Assembly (NCBI GenBank): GCA_964016885.1 | Contig: OZ024748.1 | Coordinates: 2,666,001 to 2,730,000 of the forward strand | Reading direction: 5' to 3' | DNA: 64,000 nucleotides | DNA from: Eledone cirrhosa | Lineage: Eukaryota | Shown here: in pieces, positions 56,594 through 64,000 of the stretch | Numbering within the stretch: the first letter of the stretch is position 1 | Layout: each line of letters opens with the position of its first letter | The notes under the pieces: generated by a model | Told to the model about the DNA's origin: nothing | Seen by the model: only the letters and a program-made list of their open reading frames with translations | Database searches by the model: none | Made by a program: the position numbers and the translations under genes

Positions 56594-56625
<32 letters not shown>

Positions 56626-56626
56626 A

Positions 56627-56805
<179 letters not shown>

Positions 56806-56883
56806 TAAAGTCCAATGACTGAAACATGTCAAAAGAAATATATATATATATATACACATATATACACATACATACATATACAG

Positions 56884-57025
56884 TATATTAAAATAACAGA
56901 TTAAAGTTTAAGTAAAGAATCACTGCTTTCCCCCTTATAGGGTGAAGGCAGCGAATCTTTGCTTAAACTTTCATCTGTTATTTTAATATATATTTGCTCT
57001 AGGGTTCTTATATATTTGATATATA
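56884..57025. mobile_element. PLE-derived family C fold-back
   Basis: tatattaaaataacaga...ctgctttcccccttataggggtgaaggcag...tctgttattttaatata, centred near 56937. Confidence 0.82.
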
Positions 57026-57063
57026 TTTATATATATATTTATATTTATATATATATATATTTA

Positions 57064-57174
<111 letters not shown>

Positions 57175-57682
57175 TTATATATATATTTATATATAGTTAT
57201 ATATATTTATATATAGTTATATATATACATAACGTGATGTTACATTGAATTTTAGAGATTAACAACGACCTTTTTTTAAAATCCAATCTTTCTTCTGCAA
57301 GGGTGTGAGAAACGAGCGAAAAAAACAACAAAAAATAAAGTGCGGATGAATGAGTATTTAAAACGAAACAAAAATACACAACAATCTTATAATAGATAGA
57401 TAGATAGATATGCAACATTCTTTTATCCGCTCTTATCCAACACACGAGAGATAAGCTTTGTCGAAAATGTAAAATTCTCATTTAGAATTCATGCGACAAG
57501 ACTGTAGGAAGAAAATGTTTGGTGTTGGGTTGGAATCTTATATGACTTTAAATAGGACGAGAAACTAAAAACATGAGGACCGGTCCGGAGACGAAATGAT
57601 CGACTAAAAATCCTTTCACGACAAATATGCTGCAGCATGGCCGCAGTCTGACAGACACCAGTAATATATATATTAATATATA

Positions 57683-57792
57683 ACAAAGAAGGGTGGTAAG
57701 ATACCAGGTGGACAATACTTAGGGTAGTAGGTTCGGATCTAGCTGTCGAAACGGCCGGAACTCAGCCGTCGGGGTCCTGACTCTTTTCCTAT
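57683..57792. mobile_element. PLE-derived family A, deleted fold-back
   Basis: Minus-strand tail joined to ctagctgtcGAAAcggccggaactcagccGTCggggtcctgac. Confidence 0.75.
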
Positions 57793-57793
57793 A

Positions 57794-57845
<52 letters not shown>

Positions 57846-58057
57846 GTATATATAAAATGTTTGGGTTTGAAATTAAGTATGGTTTAACAAAGAGAATCGA
57901 AGGGGGCTCACGTGTGTGTATATATATACACACAAACAAATACATATGTATAATCATGTATATACATATAGATATATAGATGTACACACACACATATGTA
58001 TGTATGTATATATATATATATATATATATATCATGTGTGTGTGTGTGGTGTGTGTGC

Positions 58058-58093
<36 letters not shown>

Positions 58094-58183
58094 GCACACA
58101 CACCACACACACACACATTATATATATATATATATATAATGTGTGTGTGTGTGGTGTGTGTGCGTATATATATATATATATAT

Positions 58184-58353
<170 letters not shown>

Positions 58354-58689
58354 TGATACCTAAATATGAACAATAGAAAAAAAGAATTTGTATTATAGAG
58401 AAAAATCAATGTTTATTCGCTCATTTGAAATGGCAAATCAGCGTTTCTAATTTAATTGGTGTTGATTTTGAGAAACCTTTTGTAAATTGATGTGCGACAA
58501 ACATTGAAATTGCTCCAGTAGCTTTTCTATATTTCACTTATGTCACTTCGTCGCTTCTCTTAAAAATGGTTTCGCATCAGTTGTACGGATTTCATCCCAC
58601 TTAGATGTGCTTCAAATTGAAAACGAATTAAAAATGGTGAGAGAGAGGGGGAGGGGGGAATGGTGACGAGTTGACGGACTTGTCGGGTG

Positions 58690-59225
58690 GTGGAGGTGTT
58701 GTGGTGGTGATGGTGGTGGTGGTGGTGGTGGTGTTCGTGATGGTAATGGTGGTGTTCGTGATGATGGTGGTGGTGGTGTTCGTGATGGTGATGGTGGTGT
58801 TGTGGTGGTTATGGTGGTGTTCGTGATGGTAATGGTGGTGTTCGTGATGATGGTGGTGGTGGTTGTGTTCGTTGTGGTGGTTGTAGTCGTGGTGGTGGTT
58901 GTGTTCGTGGTGGTGGTGGTGGTTGTGATCGTGGTGGTGGTTGTGTTCGTGGTGGTGGTAGTGGTTGTGATCGTGGTGGTGGTTCTGGTGGTTGTGTTCG
59001 TGGTGGTGGTGGTGGTGGTGGTTGTGTTCGTGGTGGTGGTGGTGGTGGTGGTGGTGGTGGTTGTGTTCGTGGTGGTGGTTGTGTTCGTGGTGGTGGTGGT
59101 GGTTGTGATCGTGGTGGTGGTTCTGGTGGTTGTGTTCGTGGTGGTGGTTGTGATCGTGGTGGTAATTGTGTTCGAGGTGGTGGTGATGGTGGAGGTGTTG
59201 GTGGAGGTGGTGGTGGTGGTGGTGG
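58690..59225. repeat. (GGT)n tract with gttgtgttcgtg punctuation
   Basis: Directly visible. Source of the poly-T/H/V ORFs. Confidence 0.93.
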
Positions 59226-59910
59226 TCTGAGAAGAGGGAAGAAGAGAAAGAGAAGAAAAAGAAGACAAGAAGAAGAATCAACAGATTTTAACTGATCTTG
59301 TACATATATTTAATTTAGCTGATTTACCTGACTGGTTTACCTGAGAACATTAGTAAAGTATATACTATTGAGTAGCTGATTAGCTAAATACAACCAGAAC
59401 TAATCGATTAAGTGTCAATTCTGATAAAATATCCTTTGATTTTTTTTTATTTTACTTCATTTGATATTTTAGGAAATTTTTATTTTTATTTTATTTTATT
59501 TTATTTTATTTTATTTTATTTTATTTTATTTTATTTTATTTTATTTTATTTTATTTTATTTATTTTATTTATTTTATTTATTTTATTTATTTTATTTTAT
59601 TTATTTTATTTTTTTTTTGTTACGTATCATTTTCAAAGACTGGAAATTTTAAGGTTTCAAGATTTTTTGCCAGGTTAATCCTTTTCGTGTGTGTGTCTTT
59701 GTCTCTTTTTTTTTTTTTTTGTTACCACGCAATCAGGGCCACCAAGAACCGTGTGAGGGAAGAAGGTAGGTGCTGTCTAATCAATGCTTGCAACACTTAG
59801 CGCCGGGTGTCACTCCAGGTAGAGCCACTACTCCGAAGATCACATCTCCGATATAATGGGCATCGCGTGAGAATGACTCAGGAAAGAATCGCTGATTTAT
59901 AGCTTGGTGA

Positions 59911-60020
59911 TCAGAGAGTCACTCCGATACTATCAGAGAGTCACTCCGATACTATCAGAGAGTCACTCCGATACTATCAGAGAGTCACTCCGATACTATC
60001 AGAGAGTCACTCCGATACTA
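59911..60020. repeat. 22-bp tandem repeat, 5 perfect copies
   Basis: tcagagagtcactccgatacta starts at 59911, 59933, 59955, 59977 and 59999. Confidence 0.95.
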
Positions 60021-60091
60021 TGGCTTCTTCCGAAGAGTCTTTGCAGTAACGTTACTCGATAGAGTGCGTAGCTCGGAAATCAGAGTCACTC

Positions 60092-60751
60092 CTACGTTTC
60101 CCAGAGACCAATGTGTGTCCATAGGGCAACAATATATATCACCCTCGGTGACCCTCTTCTAGTGTATCCGTGTAGGGGCTCCCACAAGAGCACTGAGTAC
60201 AGTGTCAACTCTGAATGTCGGTAAGCATGTCCAGCTAACCTCAGTCTCCTCTGTGTCACTTTCGAGCTGACTCTTGGGAGACTCCCACACAGCTCTGAGA
60301 TCTTCATCCTCAGTGTATACTGTTTAATGTTCACAGCCATCCTCAGTGTATACTGTTTAATGTTCACAGCCATCCTCAGTGTATACTGTTTAATGTTCAC
60401 AGCCATCCTCAGTGTATACTGTTTAATGTTCACAGCCATCCTCAGTGTATACTGTTTAATGTTCACAGCCATCCTCAGTGTATACTGTTTAATGTTCACA
60501 GCCATCCTCAGTGTATACTGTTTAATGTTCACAGCCATCCTCAGTGTATACTGTTTAATGTTCACAGCCATCCTCAGTGTATACTGTTTAATGTTCACAG
60601 CCATCCTCAGTGTATACTGTTTAATGTTCACAGCCATCCTCAGTGTATACTGTTTAATGTTCACAGCCATCCTCAGTGTATACTGTTTAATGTTCACAGC
60701 CATCCTCAGCATTCTCGTGTAGCACCCATCCACCATGTGAGTGAGTTTCTT
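60092..60751 (-). mobile_element. RTE-type LINE ORF C-terminal remnant with internal 33-bp repeat x12
   Basis: VDGCYTRMLRMAVNI...ELCGSLPRVSSKVTQRRLRLAGHAYRH...LLWEPLHGYTRRGSP is a typical RTE-group post-RT domain. Confidence 0.87.
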
Positions 60752-61092
60752 ATAGATACATAATACACACATCCACACATACACACACATACATACACAC
60801 ACACGCACACATACACACACACACATACACACACAGATACATATACACACATACATACACACAGATACACACATACACATGCATACACACACATGCATAC
60901 ACACACATGCATACACACATGCATACACACACGCATGCATACACACACACACATTCATAAACATATACATACTTACACACATACATACATACACACATGG
61001 TTAGGAAATTACAAGTACAATCCATGAACGGAACAGTAAAAATATGTAAAACATTCCAAAATTCATACATACATATGTACATACGTACATAC

Positions 61093-61125
<33 letters not shown>

Positions 61126-61151
61126 TACATACATAAATACATACATACATA

Positions 61152-61183
<32 letters not shown>

Positions 61184-62194
61184 CATATATATATACATAT
61201 ATACATACGTACATAAATACATACATACATAAATACATACATACATAAATACATACATACATATATATATATACATACATATATACATACATACATATAT
61301 ATATATACATATATACATACGTACATAAATACATGCATACATACATACATACATACATACATACATACATACATACATACATACATACATACATACATAC
61401 ATACATACATACATACATACATACATGTGTGTGTGTTACAACTTTATGTTGAAATAATACGCCTATTATACAATAATATACAATATAATATACAATATAA
61501 ATTAACCACCAAAAGTAGAGATTCAATGACATAAGCGGCAGTTACATCAACTCCACTACTAACAGCTAATATGAACACTAATAAACGAGTCATAAAACAA
61601 ACCGTTTTCTCATTTTTGGCTCGCTCAGTGGAAAATTAACTTAATTATTTCATTTATGTGAGAGATTTTAAAGGTCATCAATAGATTTTATTTATGTAGT
61701 TTTTTTTAATTCTTTTTTTCTGGATTTCTTTACATTTTGTTTGCTTTACTGTTTAGTTTTTTGTTTGTTTGTTTTTTTTGGTTGCTGTTTGTTGTTTTTT
61801 TTACGTTTTTACAAATTTTCTCGTGTAGATTTCTTTGTAAGATGTGTTAAAATGTTTTGCCTTTCATTAACGAAATGTTATCGTTTATTAACATTTAATA
61901 ACCTTTTGATAAGCAACTATCTTTCAGTAAACATTTCACCAAACGGCGCCATCTTACAGTAAACATCTCACCCGTAAAACACTGTCTTCAAGTAAACATT
62001 GCTTGATAAGGCGCCATCTTAGAATAAACATAACTTACTTTGAAAACACCTCAAGACGTCTTAGGATAAACATTGACTAATTAAACAATCGCCCTTGGTA
62101 GACAAACCAAACAACAACAACAAGAAAAAAACAAGCACTAACTTAGGTGCATATGGGATATATTCCATAAAGCGACGTCTACGAGTATATAGGA

Positions 62195-62445
62195 CAGACT
62201 CTACCATTAAGGCCAACCGGGCAGCCGCATAGGGCGCAGACCTCAGAGAGGCGTTTTGCTGGACATTATAGGATCATAGCTTTATACAGGGCTGGTGTTC
62301 CTATTAAGGCCAACCATGTAGCCATAGAGGGCGCAGACCTCAGAGAGGCGTTTTGCTGGACATTATAGGATCATAGCTTTATACAGGGCTGATAACTCTA
62401 ACCCATTAAAGCCAACCAAGTAGGTATCGAGGGCGTAGACCTCAA
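62195..62445 (+). repeat. ~100-bp imperfect tandem repeat, about 2.5 copies
   Basis: attaa(g/a)gccaacc...agggcgcagacctca starts at 62206, 62303 and 62405. Confidence 0.85.
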
Positions 62446-62533
62446 AGGAGAGGATCGTGAGAATCCGTTGGATGAAATGCGCGTTCTCGAGGATGGTTTG
62501 ATAATTTGTTGTGGAAAAAACTTTATATATATA

Positions 62534-62729
62534 TAACAGATTAAAGCTTAAGCAAAGAATCGCTGCTTTCACCCTTAACGGGATCTTAACGTTAAGGGTG
62601 AAAGCAGCGATTCTTTGCTTAAACTTGAATCTGTTATTTTAATAAATATTTGCTCTAGGGTTCTTATATATTTGATATATATTTATCCTTATCGAGCCCT
62701 CTTTGGATTTTAGTCTTCACATTTATTAC

Positions 62730-62731
<2 letters not shown>
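62534..62731. mobile_element. PLE-derived family C fold-back
   Basis: taagcaaagaatcgctgctttcacccttaacg-ggatcttaa-cgttaagggtGAAAgcagcgattctttgctta. tatcgagccct box. TA flanks. Confidence 0.85.
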
Positions 62732-62765
<34 letters not shown>

Positions 62766-62921
62766 TATATATATAATTGTGTATTTTACTCTTGAACACA
62801 CACAGTGTGTGAAACGCTATAGATTAACCATAAGATACAGATCTGTGTGACCAGTTATGGCTGTCAACAACTTGTTGTTTCTGATCTGATCTGATCTATC
62901 TTATCTGGTCTATAGCGATAC

Positions 62922-63040
<119 letters not shown>

Positions 63041-63342
63041 TCGTTTAGACGAAGGTCTTGTTATTTTACTTCATGTTTTATTGGCAGCAGCTTTCCCCAC
63101 GAAAAATAAATATTACAGTACGCATGCGTACATCTCTCTCTCTCTCTCTAAATACATATATATATATAAATACACACACAGTCGACGAGCTTCTTCCACG
63201 CTTGGAATTCGATACCATGATGTTGACAGCACTAGACACACCCTATAAAGAATCTCCATTTCTTTGTTATATTATCTAGATTTACACATATGTAAATACA
63301 CACACACTCACAACCATATATATATGCATGATATATATTACG

Positions 63343-63562
<220 letters not shown>

Positions 63563-63887
63563 CGTCTCTGACGAAATGATGGAGGTTGCATGTCTTTTAA
63601 ATTGAGTGCCACTGCCTTCAGTGTTTAGCAATTTTTAGACAACTCTATCATAGAAACAATTGTTAGACTGTAAATAAACTTCCTTGTTTGTACTGTTCAC
63701 CATGTTATTCTCCACTTTTCAATTTTATTACTCCAGGATATACTTACATAGGAATACAAGTGAAGTCATAAACTCGTCATCCACGTAAACCTCTTGTTGA
63801 GTCACACAACGCCGTACGCTTAAACTATTCATGGTAAGTAGTTTTCACAACCACTTATCGGATTACCTTTAACGATATATTGTTATC

Positions 63888-63932
<45 letters not shown>

Positions 63933-64000
63933 AGTGGAAGCTTAGTAAAATCGAAGCTCTGGCTGTGGCCAAGCTAACGACCTACAATTAGGAATGTGCA

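Noticed and set aside
58612-59281. Mucin-like poly-Thr ORF
   Set aside because: A (GGT)n tract with no unique flanking coding sequence.

Overview
This is AT-rich, gene-poor animal DNA, with no bacterial features and no supportable host protein-coding gene. Nearly all ORFs in the track are translations of microsatellites. The very dense (TA)n/(CA)n/(GA)n tracts and the SINE families resemble what I recall of octopus genomes; this is pattern recognition, not a database result. Interspersed repeats comprise three tRNA-headed SINE families, decayed LINE 3' ends (RTE x2, CRE-like x2, CR1/L2/Jockey-type x2), a deleted mariner, Tc1/mariner-type and piggyBac-type MITEs, many minisatellites and one 200-N gap. 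The main finding is about 18 short elements, from at least five unrelated sequence families, that sit in (TA)n runs and carry intact, mutated or half type-I hammerhead ribozyme (HHR) motifs of the Penelope-like element (PLE) type. Many are fold-back palindromes whose axis falls in or next to ribozyme stem II. Most families share a TRTYGAGYRC box near the 3' end. A decayed PLE GIY-YIG fragment followed by an HHR (55.9-56.6 kb) points to the likely parent class. Coordinates were read by eye and may be off by a few bases.
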